A DNA stretch of 64,000 nucleotides. It comes from an uncultured bacterium. GTDB taxonomy: Bacteria; Desulfobacterota_D; UBA1144; Nemesobacterales; UBA2774. Shown piece after piece: positions 21,158-30,019 of this stretch. Position 1 is the first letter of the stretch; each line of letters starts with the position of its first letter. The position numbers were made by a program, and so were the translations under genes. The stretch covers positions 1,760,001 through 1,824,000 of the forward strand of contig CAWGRW010000009.1 in assembly GCA_963825135.1 (NCBI GenBank). The letters run 5' to 3'. The notes under the pieces were generated by a model. It was not told the origin of the DNA and made no database searches. It was given only the letters and a program-made list of their open reading frames with translations.

Positions 21158-24100
21158 ATGTTTCAGACTCTCGATTCTGAGTTAAATGCTGTAAGTAGAA
21201 ATAAAAGATTATTGCTTTCTGATCATCTGTTCTCATGCGTTGTAATACCTGGTGATGATGCATCTGTAGAATTCATTAATTTATGTAATACAATATATCA
21301 GCATCTGGACCAAACGCGAATACAAGTTAATTTTTTGCCAGAAATAGATAAGCAAGCTGGATCATACGAGCAGCTATTCGATCAATTAGTTGATAACTGC
21401 ATTTTTGTTATTGCGATGAAAGGGGACTTTGAAAAGAGTTTATCATACGAGTATGGATATTTGAGAGGCATAAGAAAGCCAATTATTGTAATAAATACCA
21501 CAAATAATCCAACACCCGCCGATACAAAACATGATAGGGCCAATCATGATAATCATGAATCTACTCATAAAGAGATCTTGAATAAATTCATCGATTACAT
21601 TGACCTAGGTTCGGAATCACAACATGATCTTCCGGATCAATTTATAAACAAATTCGATCAAATCCTCTTAGAAATAATGGAAGGGTCTTTAATTAACTCC
21701 GATAAGATCATTAATGTAAATCAAGAAGTACCATTTAATGATATCAAAAATCTGATAAAGCGGATTTTAAAATATTATATATTACGGAATGATTACGGTT
21801 TACATGAGATCGATGAGATATTTAAATCGATTGATAAATTAGATGCAGATCAACATAAGAATCTCCCTTCGTTAGTACTAAACTGCTTACTTGCTCTTTC
21901 AATTGATTTATTGAGAGCACAAAATGATAAGAATCAAGTTCATGATATAGCAGAAAAGTGCATATCTATGTGTCAAACAATATTGGATAATGAAAAAGAT
22001 CTGGTATTTAAAGCAGTTATAGAGAAAAAGTTGGCTGATTTGCTGTTAATTTCCCCAGACCCGGATAATGAGGTTGGGAATCTTGAAAGAGCTGTAGATC
22101 TTTATAAAAAATCTAAAGAGTATTTAACAATAGATGACTATCCTCATTATTTAGTTTCAATAAATAATAATCTTGGTGTGGCGTTGAATGATTTATTCCG
22201 AATTCTAGGAGAATCAAAGTATCTGAATGAAGCGAATGATTACCTTTCTAACCTGGTGGCAGATCAAATTTCTTCAAATTCTAATTATGCGTTAGTTAAA
22301 TATAATCTTGGTATTACCAGGTTGGGGTTTGCTTCAGTGGTTGGTGCTCAATATGATTATTATGATGCACTTGAATGCTTCAATAGCTTTCTAATGGATT
22401 CTTTTTACCTCCATAATAATGAAGAATTTTTGGATATTGAAATCAACATTGGGTCTATTTATTTTACAATTGCTCAAGAGCAAAACGATCAACTATGTTG
22501 CGAGAGATCAATAGGAGTATTTCAAAATATTCTAGGTTTATGCTCTACTCAAATTCATGAAATGGAGTACGGAATTATTAACCGCAGTCTCGGTGACATT
22601 TATAGCTTTCTTGACGCTTTAAGACCAGATAATATTGAAACGAAGCTGAATATTATTGGATTTTATGAAGAAGCTTTAAAAATATATACATTAGATAAAT
22701 TCCCAGATGAATATTGTTGTATAAGGTTCAAATTAGCAGATGCACTAAGTACACTTAGGCGACGACACGATTTGGAAAGTGCGTCAGAAATCTTCAATCA
22801 ACTTTTGAGTACTCCAATTCTTGAGTCTTACAACTACAATTATGCTCTTATTCAAAAGAAACTTGCCAGCTTATACTTAAGGTTAGCCAAAATGGATATG
22901 AGTAAGAATTATCACTCTATGGCTTTAGAGAGTTACGAAGATGCATTGTCTCAATTCTCTTCAATGAAAGACGAATACGAGATTGCTGATCTAAAAAAGT
23001 ATTTGGGAGATTTGTACATTCTCGATGCGAAGGAGAAAAGTGATTTCTCTTTATATCTAAAAGCTACAGAGGCTTATCAAGATGCACTTAGTTATTTTAC
23101 AAGAGATAAGTTCCCATTGGTTTTTGCCTCACTCAAGATGAAACTCGGTGATCTAAATAGAATGATCGCAGAATATCAGAATTCTATCGATGATTATAAT
23201 GATGCTATTCGTGCTTATGAGGAATCTCTTAATATTTATAATTCTTATGAATTTCAAAAAGAATCATGGGAAGTGCATAAGAAGATTAGCGATACATATA
23301 TGACCTTGGGAGACATCAAATCTAATTCACAATATCCAGATGAGGCGATCACTTATTATACTGAGGCTCTAAAATTCCTAACAAATCAAAGCTCACCGAT
23401 TGAAAAGGGGAATGTTCTGAGAAAACTAGGTAATGAGCATGTTCAATTTTCTAGAATTGTATTCCGTACTCAAAATTTAAAACATGCTCTCGAATATTAC
23501 GAGAAAGCCCTACTGTATTACAATCCTGACGAGTTTCCATCCGAATATGAAGAGATAAGAATTAATATGGGAACAAATTTCAGGATATTAGCAGTTCTTG
23601 AAAAAGAGAGGGGCAACTTGAAAGATGCAATCTCATTTTATGAGAGAGCTGCTGAGTTTATTTCAATTAACAACAATCCAGATAAATACGCTTCACTGAT
23701 GGTCGCAATTGGATCCATATACAAACAACTATCGCAGATTGAAAATGAAGTAGTTAATAGCAAAAAAGCTATCGAGTATTATATCAATGGATTAGTTGTT
23801 TATAATCCACAAGATCATCCTCATGAGCATGGTACTTTACAAAAACATCTGGGGTTAACATATATAGATATAGCCGAGAAAGAGAATTATCTCGAAAATA
23901 TAAGAAATGCATATAAAGCATTTGAAGCATCTCATAAAATATATTCAGTCGAAGACAATCCCGAAGATTTGTTATTTGTGGAGAGTAAATTGTCGGAACT
24001 GAGTAGAAAGATTTCAAATGGAGACAACAGCACTTCAAATCAAAATGTGCTTCAGGATTCAAGCTATGATAATTTGACGACGCTTGATCCAATCAATTCT

Positions 24101-25873
24101 GCTCTCAACAATCATGAAATCGCTGAACAAATGATGACACTTGACCAACCGGCTGAATTTAAAGATATGGACTCCAATAGAGAGGGCTTGAAAGAAGTAA
24201 GAGTTGAAACAGAGGAGTTCAGTCCATTAAATTTGGAAATAGACTTAACTAATAACGAATTAAATGATGATTCAGAATCTATTGAACGCCTAGATCAGCT
24301 CATCAGTGAGACATCTCCAGTGGAATCGCCAAAGCTTCATGCATACCTAAATTATAAGATTGGCAATGCTTATCAAAATATTGGCAAATCTCACGGTTCC
24401 TCACAAAATTACAAAGAAGCAATAAGATATTATGCTCAAGCCTTAAAATATTATACATATGAGGAATACCCATATGAATATGCTTGTATAAATGGCGAAC
24501 TTGCAACTACTTATAAATATCTAGGCGACTCATCTGGCGATTTAAAAAACTATGAGGTTGCAATAGAATTATACAATGAGTCATTAGGACTAATTAAGAT
24601 TGATGAGCATCCCATTGAATTCGGGAATTATAACCTAAATATGGGACTCATTTTTAGTGAATTTAGCAGAATTCTTCAACTCAAAAAGCATCATGAAAAT
24701 GCGATACATGCATATAATGAAGCACTAAAGGTTTTTGAATCGAGCGAATATCCTTATGAGTATGGATTAATTCAGATTAAGCTAGGTTCCGTTTATAGCA
24801 TGCTTGCTTATTATGAATATTACTCCTATAACTGTCTAAAATCTGCTGAAGCTTACAAGCAAGCACTAACCGTATACGACTTCGAGAATTTCCCTAATGA
24901 ATTTGCAGAGATTCAAAAAGAACTGGGCATCTTATATTTGAATTCTGGTTTAAATGATATGGATAATAATAATTTCTTGTTATCTGTAAAATCATTCGAA
25001 GAAGCACTAAAACACTATAACTTAGAAAATTACCCAGCGGATTATGGGTTAATAAAAATAAAAGAAGCTAAATCTTATGAATATTTATCCAAAGCTTCCG
25101 AGGAATCATATTATCTGAGACAAAGTATCGATGCTTATAAAGATGCAATTAAATATTATACCCATGAGACTTATCCAGATGTATTTGCTTCAATAGCATT
25201 AAGTTTAGGCGATGTTTATCATAATATCGGTAAGCTAGAAAACACAGACATAGATCAAAGAATTGCAATTGAATACTATAAGCAGGCTCTTATGGTTTAT
25301 AATTCAATTGAGTTTCCTCTAGAGTATGCAACTACAGAATATAATATAGGAATGGCATACTTAATGCTTTCAGATTCTGGGCAACTAAAAGAAAATATCA
25401 TTAATGCGATAAATTCCCTCAAAGCATCATCAAAAGTCTATTCGAAAATAGGGCTATCTGATCAGTATGGAAGTTGTGAGAATAATCTTGGCATAGCGTA
25501 TATGCAAATTGCGAATGAGCCGGAAGGTAGTGCTTATCTGTCGTTAGCTCAAGAATGTTTTGAGAAGGCGATTAAAGTCAGGACTTGTGAAAAACAGCCG
25601 CTCGAATTTGCCAATACGCAGTTTAATTTAGGGGCTTTATTCATGACACTCTATAAGAACGAGAAAGAAACAGAATATGCCGAAAGGTCTGTACAAGCTT
25701 ATGAAAAGGCTCTGCAAATCTACATCGTAGATAAATTCCCGGCTGAATACAACACAATACAAAATAATCTTTCATGGATGAATCAAACACTTGCTAAAGA
25801 AAAAGATGAAAACAAGTCTTATGATGATAGCTGGACTTACCTACGAAAGTCTACTCCGAATAATTTAAATTAA
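21158..25873 (+). CDS. 1571-aa TPR-repeat protein with an N-terminal nucleoside 2-deoxyribosyltransferase/TIR-like domain
   Basis: 47-aa repeats (A..Y..AL..Y....FP..Y..I...LG..Y); N-terminal CIFVIA...SLSYEYGYLRGIRKPIIVI; GGAG RBS. Confidence 0.8.
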   Translation: MFQTLDSELNAVSRNKRLLLSDHLFSCVVIPGDDASVEFINLCNTIYQHLDQTRIQVNFLPEIDKQAGSYEQLFDQLVDNCIFVIAMKGDFEKSLSYEYGYLRGIRKPIIVINTTNNPTPADTKHDRANHDNHESTHKEILNKFIDYIDLGSESQHDLPDQFINKFDQILLEIMEGSLINSDKIINVNQEVPFNDIKNLIKRILKYYILRNDYGLHEIDEIFKSIDKLDADQHKNLPSLVLNCLLALSIDLLRAQNDKNQVHDIAEKCISMCQTILDNEKDLVFKAVIEKKLADLLLISPDPDNEVGNLERAVDLYKKSKEYLTIDDYPHYLVSINNNLGVALNDLFRILGESKYLNEANDYLSNLVADQISSNSNYALVKYNLGITRLGFASVVGAQYDYYDALECFNSFLMDSFYLHNNEEFLDIEINIGSIYFTIAQEQNDQLCCERSIGVFQNILGLCSTQIHEMEYGIINRSLGDIYSFLDALRPDNIETKLNIIGFYEEALKIYTLDKFPDEYCCIRFKLADALSTLRRRHDLESASEIFNQLLSTPILESYNYNYALIQKKLASLYLRLAKMDMSKNYHSMALESYEDALSQFSSMKDEYEIADLKKYLGDLYILDAKEKSDFSLYLKATEAYQDALSYFTRDKFPLVFASLKMKLGDLNRMIAEYQNSIDDYNDAIRAYEESLNIYNSYEFQKESWEVHKKISDTYMTLGDIKSNSQYPDEAITYYTEALKFLTNQSSPIEKGNVLRKLGNEHVQFSRIVFRTQNLKHALEYYEKALLYYNPDEFPSEYEEIRINMGTNFRILAVLEKERGNLKDAISFYERAAEFISINNNPDKYASLMVAIGSIYKQLSQIENEVVNSKKAIEYYINGLVVYNPQDHPHEHGTLQKHLGLTYIDIAEKENYLENIRNAYKAFEASHKIYSVEDNPEDLLFVESKLSELSRKISNGDNSTSNQNVLQDSSYDNLTTLDPINSALNNHEIAEQMMTLDQPAEFKDMDSNREGLKEVRVETEEFSPLNLEIDLTNNELNDDSESIERLDQLISETSPVESPKLHAYLNYKIGNAYQNIGKSHGSSQNYKEAIRYYAQALKYYTYEEYPYEYACINGELATTYKYLGDSSGDLKNYEVAIELYNESLGLIKIDEHPIEFGNYNLNMGLIFSEFSRILQLKKHHENAIHAYNEALKVFESSEYPYEYGLIQIKLGSVYSMLAYYEYYSYNCLKSAEAYKQALTVYDFENFPNEFAEIQKELGILYLNSGLNDMDNNNFLLSVKSFEEALKHYNLENYPADYGLIKIKEAKSYEYLSKASEESYYLRQSIDAYKDAIKYYTHETYPDVFASIALSLGDVYHNIGKLENTDIDQRIAIEYYKQALMVYNSIEFPLEYATTEYNIGMAYLMLSDSGQLKENIINAINSLKASSKVYSKIGLSDQYGSCENNLGIAYMQIANEPEGSAYLSLAQECFEKAIKVRTCEKQPLEFANTQFNLGALFMTLYKNEKETEYAERSVQAYEKALQIYIVDKFPAEYNTIQNNLSWMNQTLAKEKDENKSYDDSWTYLRKSTPNNLN

Positions 25874-26027
25874 CTTATATAGACATCGACTCTCTGAATC
25901 TCGCTGATCGGTTATGTGTTTGCCGCAGTTGACTCCTCAACATAAAGGAGAAGCCTCACCTATCTTATGGATTTAAATGTAGAGAAGTCATTCACTTGCA
26001 GCTCATATATCCAAAAACCTGGTGCCA

Positions 26028-26053
26028 GGGTTCGAGTCCCGTCGTCCCCGCCA
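26028..26053 (+). repeat. Orphan tRNA 3' fragment (T-arm, acceptor strand, CCA), Asp-like
   Basis: GGGTTCGAGTCCCGTCGTCCCCGCCA with no D-arm or anticodon arm upstream. Confidence 0.7.
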
Positions 26054-26351
26054 GTCGCTAATGAACATTCCCAAATATTTTATTGATAAAAAGGATAAGA
26101 GGGAAATTGATCCATTAGAAGAGCTTAAGAAGAAGAAAACAAGAAGGAGGGCCATGTTATGACTTGATATATGCATAATAATGTGATTTTGTGTTTACTT
26201 GTATAAGGGATCTGATTATAGTTTTGATCAAAAGGGCATATAGTTTCATCTAACCAGCGTCCAACGGATTGGTTAGAAATATAGGGAAATTGCTGTGTTC
26301 CAACGTGCTAAAAGGAGCCTCGGATTGAGCTGTTTTTCTTCACGGTCGGCC

Positions 26352-26379
26352 TTGCAACAATTTCAAAATATTGTAGATT
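26352..26379 (+). promoter_or_regulatory. Sigma70-type promoter of tRNA-Pro (identical copy at 20572-20599)
   Basis: TTGCAA-N16-TAGATT followed by a GC-rich discriminator-like stretch just before the tRNA. Confidence 0.55.
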
Positions 26380-26391
26380 TATACGTCCGGC

Positions 26392-26469
26392 CGGGGTGTA
26401 GCTCAGATTGGCTAGAGCGTTGCGTTCGGGACGCAGAGGCCGCCGGTTCAAGTCCGGCCACCCCGACCA
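26392..26469 (+). tRNA. tRNA-Pro(CGG)
   Basis: Acceptor CGGGGTG/CACCCCG, D-arm GCTC/GAGC, anticodon loop TT-CGG-GA, T-arm GCCGG-TTCAAGT-CCGGC, encoded ACCA. Confidence 0.97.
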
Positions 26470-26569
26470 TTCTTACTTCTATCAGTCCTTCGGGATAGCC
26501 TGTAACCATCGAATTTTCGACAAAATCTGAATAACCAATCCCATTCATGGACGGATCGCTCGCACGAAG

Positions 26570-26878
26570 TCAGTCTTGGGAGTTCGATTTGCTGCTTTTG
26601 ACCGTTGTCCCCTCAGCAGGGGCAGGAGTAGGAGCAGGCGTAGGTTGTAATTGGCGTTCGCTTGAGTTCGACTTGCTGCCTTTGACCGTTGTCCCTTCAA
26701 CGGGCTCAGGGGCGGGAGTAGGAGCTGGTGTAGGCGTAGGTTGTAATTGGCGTTCGCTGGTGTTCGACTTGCTGCCTTTGACCGTTGTCGGATTGGCATA
26801 TGCCATATGTACCGTCAAATGAGCTGCAAAAATCCCTAAAAATAGAAATACGGAAAATAGATATATTAGACGCTTCAT
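26570..26878 (-). CDS. 102-aa secreted protein with three TTVK(G/S)SKSN(T/S)(S/Q)(E/D) repeats and Pro/Thr/Ala linkers
   Basis: GGAG RBS, signal peptide ending AYA, repeats visible in both DNA and protein. Confidence 0.85.
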   Translation of the reverse strand: MKRLIYLFSVFLFLGIFAAHLTVHMAYANPTTVKGSKSNTSERQLQPTPTPAPTPAPEPVEGTTVKGSKSNSSERQLQPTPAPTPAPAEGTTVKSSKSNSQD

Positions 26879-26990
26879 TTTAATAACTCCTTGAAACCGA
26901 GTTTGATACTTGTAGCCTTGCAAATATCGTATGAGCACCTATTTACCCTGTCCGGCCCATAAATTTGAAAATGACTCACTGCCCGAAAAA

Positions 26991-27034
26991 GGGACTGAGA
27001 GGCCGCCGGTTCAAGTCCGGCCGCCCCGGCCATT
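26991..27034 (+). repeat. Diverged 3' fragment of tRNA-Pro (att-like)
   Basis: 40/44 identical to 26428-26471, starting in the anticodon loop. Confidence 0.85.
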
Positions 27035-27055
27035 AGTTTCAAAAGCCCTCACTCT

Positions 27056-28147
27056 TTAGCGTAAGAATAAGGCCATAAGGATCTCCGCCAGGATCAATGC
27101 AATAATTATCAGCTCCAGGGCCTGGCTTTGGGTCGTCCGCACCCGGTCGGTCAGCAGCTGATACAGGCTTGCGATAATGTCGAGCTTGCGCGAAATGGAG
27201 CTCTCCCAATCCTGAAGATAGAGTCTTCGAGCGCCGACGGCATGAACCCTGGCCAGATAGAGATCCCCTATCAGCTTAAGTGCATTATCAACCCTCTCGG
27301 TCAGCAACAGCGATTCGAGTCTCAGCTCGGCCAGTGCTTGTATCGCTTTCCGATTTGGTGTGCGTAGCGGCATTGACCAATCTCCTCGTTTGAGAGCGAG
27401 ACCCTGATAATCGCCGATGCGCCGATCCAGCTGCTCGTCGATATAACGCGCTTCTAATAACTCCACGTTGAGTAATTCCAAGACATTGACGGTATCGTGA
27501 TAATCACGATCATAAACAAGCGCCGCATTCCAATCCACAATGACTAGATCGTTCTCGTAGTAAGAGAGCCTTTGGTTCAGCGCTTCCTCCTGCTGCTCCA
27601 GACTGAGCGGCTGAGTTTCAAACCGCAGAACCTGTGCTACGAGTGAGCCGTGCCGCGCCAGCAAATCGGCGGCGGACCAGGGTCGGTCAAATTCCTCTAT
27701 GACGAACAAATAATAATCTTCTACCAGAGGCGATAATTCAGGCCGGACTATTGCAGAGCGGTTTTCTTCCAGGAATGCCTGTATCTGTTCCTTCGCCTGA
27801 GCTTCCAGATTAAGGTCATAAAGAGTCCGACTGAGTGGTTGCAAATCCGCCAGTGAAAGGGCTTGCCGGCCTGCGGGCAGCGGCCATTGATATGCTATGC
27901 TGGCGGCGCCGAAATCAAAGACCGTGACCTGCGCCCGCCCCGCTTCAGAGAGAATGGGCTTTATCTCTCCCAAATGCACGACGAGAGGGGGCTTCGAATA
28001 CTGTAAGAAAGTCGGAGTCTGCTTTTTGGGCGAGAGCGGCGGCACAGGGGCTGATGAAGGCAATTCGCTGAGTTTCTCGAGCGCCACCTCGAAGCCGATG
28101 TCAAAGGCGAAGAGAGCTATTACTCTGCCGTTTGAGAGCATCGTCAT
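27056..28147 (-). CDS. Hypothetical protein, RMD1/DUF155-like, with C-terminal TM helix
   Basis: VFDFGAASI, helical C-half, terminal SQALELIIIALILAEIL resembling RMD1-family ends. Confidence 0.55.
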   Translation of the reverse strand: MTMLSNGRVIALFAFDIGFEVALEKLSELPSSAPVPPLSPKKQTPTFLQYSKPPLVVHLGEIKPILSEAGRAQVTVFDFGAASIAYQWPLPAGRQALSLADLQPLSRTLYDLNLEAQAKEQIQAFLEENRSAIVRPELSPLVEDYYLFVIEEFDRPWSAADLLARHGSLVAQVLRFETQPLSLEQQEEALNQRLSYYENDLVIVDWNAALVYDRDYHDTVNVLELLNVELLEARYIDEQLDRRIGDYQGLALKRGDWSMPLRTPNRKAIQALAELRLESLLLTERVDNALKLIGDLYLARVHAVGARRLYLQDWESSISRKLDIIASLYQLLTDRVRTTQSQALELIIIALILAEILMALFLR

Positions 28148-28249
28148 GCGATTAAGTCTACAGTCTGCGTAGGGGTTTTTCCATGAAGCGATTTTAGGAT
28201 GTTTTACGGTCTAACCATGGAGTTGATTCAAGCTTCAGGAGCTACGGGC

Positions 28250-28277
28250 AAAAAAAGGGGAGCTTCTGCTCCCCTTT
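28250..28277 (-). terminator. Rho-independent terminator of the 28302-28622 gene
   Basis: AAAGGGGAGC-TTCT-GCTCCCCTTT hairpin with a T7 tail on the minus strand. Confidence 0.85.
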
Positions 28278-28301
28278 CATGACCATTAAGAATTTTCTTC
28301 C

Positions 28302-28622
28302 TTATTTAGCTGCATCATCCGGCATATCGCCACCGGGCGCCTCGCCTTCCGTGGACTTATCCGGGGTCCCCGTATCTGCTCCGGAACCGTTGGTCGCTTC
28401 GTCCGGCATATCGCCGCCGGGCTGCTCGCCCTGGGTGGCCTTGTCGGCAGCGCCGGTAGCGGCTCCCGAACCGTTGGTCGCTTCATCCGGCATATCACCG
28501 CCGGGCTGCTCGCCTGCGGGGTCGTTCTGCGCTACAGCGGATACACTGCTGAAAAAGGAATTTCCACCGAAGGAAAGTCCCGTCACCAACAATATAGCAA
28601 ACAAAATAGCAATCACTCTCAT
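28302..28622 (-). CDS. 106-aa secreted acidic protein with three GE(Q/A)PGGDMPD(E/D)A repeats
   Basis: AGGAGG RBS, signal peptide, internal repeats, own promoter and terminator. Confidence 0.85.
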   Translation of the reverse strand: MRVIAILFAILLVTGLSFGGNSFFSSVSAVAQNDPAGEQPGGDMPDEATNGSGAATGAADKATQGEQPGGDMPDEATNGSGADTGTPDKSTEGEAPGGDMPDDAAK

Positions 28623-28686
28623 ATCTTCAAAACCTCCTGATTTTTTTTACCGACCGAGTTCCCCGGCCAGCTTAGCTAATTATAAT

Positions 28687-28701
28687 GCAAATTCTGTACC
28701 A
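28687..28701 (-). promoter_or_regulatory. Sigma54 (-24/-12) promoter
   Basis: Minus strand TGGTAC-AGAAT-TTGC, 65 bp upstream of ATG 28622; TGT-N10-ACA at 28807-28822. Confidence 0.65.
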
Positions 28702-28861
28702 AGAAAACATGGACTTAAAGATTTAGTTTTAACGGCCTGTTGCATCATATAGCTTATATTCGGGGCAAAAATATAGCTCGCGGATGCGTTAAAAACCACA
28801 TCAAATTGTGTAAAATGGCACATTGTATAATGTTTCGGTTCATAGTTCGGCATGGCTCGAA

Positions 28862-30019
28862 TCATGCGCGGAAATTTTTAAGGGCTTCCTTCATTCTGGA
28901 GACCGAAAGCTTACGCAGGGCTTTCTTTTCGATCTGCCTGATCCTCTCCCTCGTGAGCTTGAATTTCATGCCTATATCGTCAAGCGTAACCACATCGCTC
29001 CTGTCTATCCCGAATCGCATCCTTAACACCTCCTCTTCTTTGACGCTCAGAAGGGCCAGAGATTTGCGGATGCTTTCCTTTAATTCGAAATCCACCACCA
29101 GTTGATCGGGCGAGGAAGATTCTTCATCCTCGATAAAATCGTAAAGTGTCCTTCTCTCTCCGTCTACCGGGGAGTCGAGGCTCACGGACTCGTTTGTGAT
29201 TTTCAATATCCGGCTGACGTATTTGAGCGGTACACCCGATTGCTCAGAGATATCATCGGCTGTCGGATTCTTGCCGGATTCTTTTAAGAGTCTCGATTTC
29301 GTCCGGTAGACCCTGCTCGTCACTTCAAGGAGGTACACCGGCACTCTCACTGCTCCCCTGTGAACAAGAATCGCCCGAGTTATGGCCTGATATATCCACC
29401 ATGACGCGTACGTCGAAAATCTGAACCCTTTTAAATGGTCGTATCTTTCTATCGCCTTCATGAGACCGATATTGCCTTCCTGAATGAGGTCGAGGAAGGG
29501 GAGGCCGTGGTTCACGTATCTCTTTGCTATGCTTATTACCAATCTGAGATTGGCGCTCGCGAACCTCTTCTTCAACTTCTCCGCCTGATGAGTGTAAGCT
29601 TTGAGGGAGGCGTTGAGCCTGTTTCTGTCTCTTCTTCGGTCAAGGTGACCGTTATCTTTTCTTTCGCTTCCATTGTCATCGAGTGTTCTTTCCAGATACG
29701 TCCTAATCTGCTTAATCTTGAATTCGCATTTTTTTATCTTTGCCGGAATCTCCACCTCTTCCTTGAGCGTGAGAAGGGGCTCTTTTGAAATATCCCTGAA
29801 ATAATCGTTCAGTATTCTGAATTGTTCGTCCTGTCCGTCGTGAATGACGGCCCTCTCCGGGAACTCGGATTCGGTAACGTCGAAAACATCCGCAGCCTCT
29901 GCCGCGCTGAACAGGTCTTCGTCCGTAAAATTCTCGTCTTCCGCGTCCTCATCGAAGCGGTCAGGGTGGCTTTCCGTCCCAATTTCCGATGTCTGGATTT
30001 CATCGTATTTCATGGTCAC
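28862..30019 (-). CDS. Alternative sigma70 factor, RpoD/RpoS-like (group 2-like)
   Basis: ANLRLVISIAKRY, DLIQEGNIGLMKAIERYD..KGFRFSTYASWWI, LTRERIRQIEKKALRKL; no region 1.1. Confidence 0.93.
   Translation of the reverse strand: MTMKYDEIQTSEIGTESHPDRFDEDAEDENFTDEDLFSAAEAADVFDVTESEFPERAVIHDGQDEQFRILNDYFRDISKEPLLTLKEEVEIPAKIKKCEFKIKQIRTYLERTLDDNGSERKDNGHLDRRRDRNRLNASLKAYTHQAEKLKKRFASANLRLVISIAKRYVNHGLPFLDLIQEGNIGLMKAIERYDHLKGFRFSTYASWWIYQAITRAILVHRGAVRVPVYLLEVTSRVYRTKSRLLKESGKNPTADDISEQSGVPLKYVSRILKITNESVSLDSPVDGERRTLYDFIEDEESSSPDQLVVDFELKESIRKSLALLSVKEEEVLRMRFGIDRSDVVTLDDIGMKFKLTRERIRQIEKKALRKLSVSRMKEALKNFRA

Larger units (their letters stand above)
20656..26345. mobile_element. AT-rich genomic island between the duplicated tRNA-Pro 5' segments; no intact integrase
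   Basis: Flanking direct repeats, visibly lower GC than the flanks, one large cargo gene, an additional tRNA 3' fragment inside. Confidence 0.8.

Noticed and set aside
26295..26548. Short ORFs overlapping the tRNA
   Set aside because: Translations of tRNA sequence (the typical GVAGLEPAAS artefact)
26580..26790. CRISPR-like array (three ~28-bp repeats with spacers)
   Set aside because: Repeats are in-frame coding units, the spacers resemble each other, and no cas genes are present
26920..26935. Sigma54 promoter for the TTVKGSKSN gene
   Set aside because: The -12 TTGC is present but the invariant -24 GG is missing (TCATACGATATTTGC)
20612..27034. Trans-spliced split tRNA made from the 5' and 3' fragments
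   Set aside because: An intact copy exists, the anticodon stem would mispair, and I see no complementary leader sequences
28318..28520. Second CRISPR-like or REP repeat set
   Set aside because: Explained by the protein repeats of 28302-28622, with variation mostly at synonymous positions
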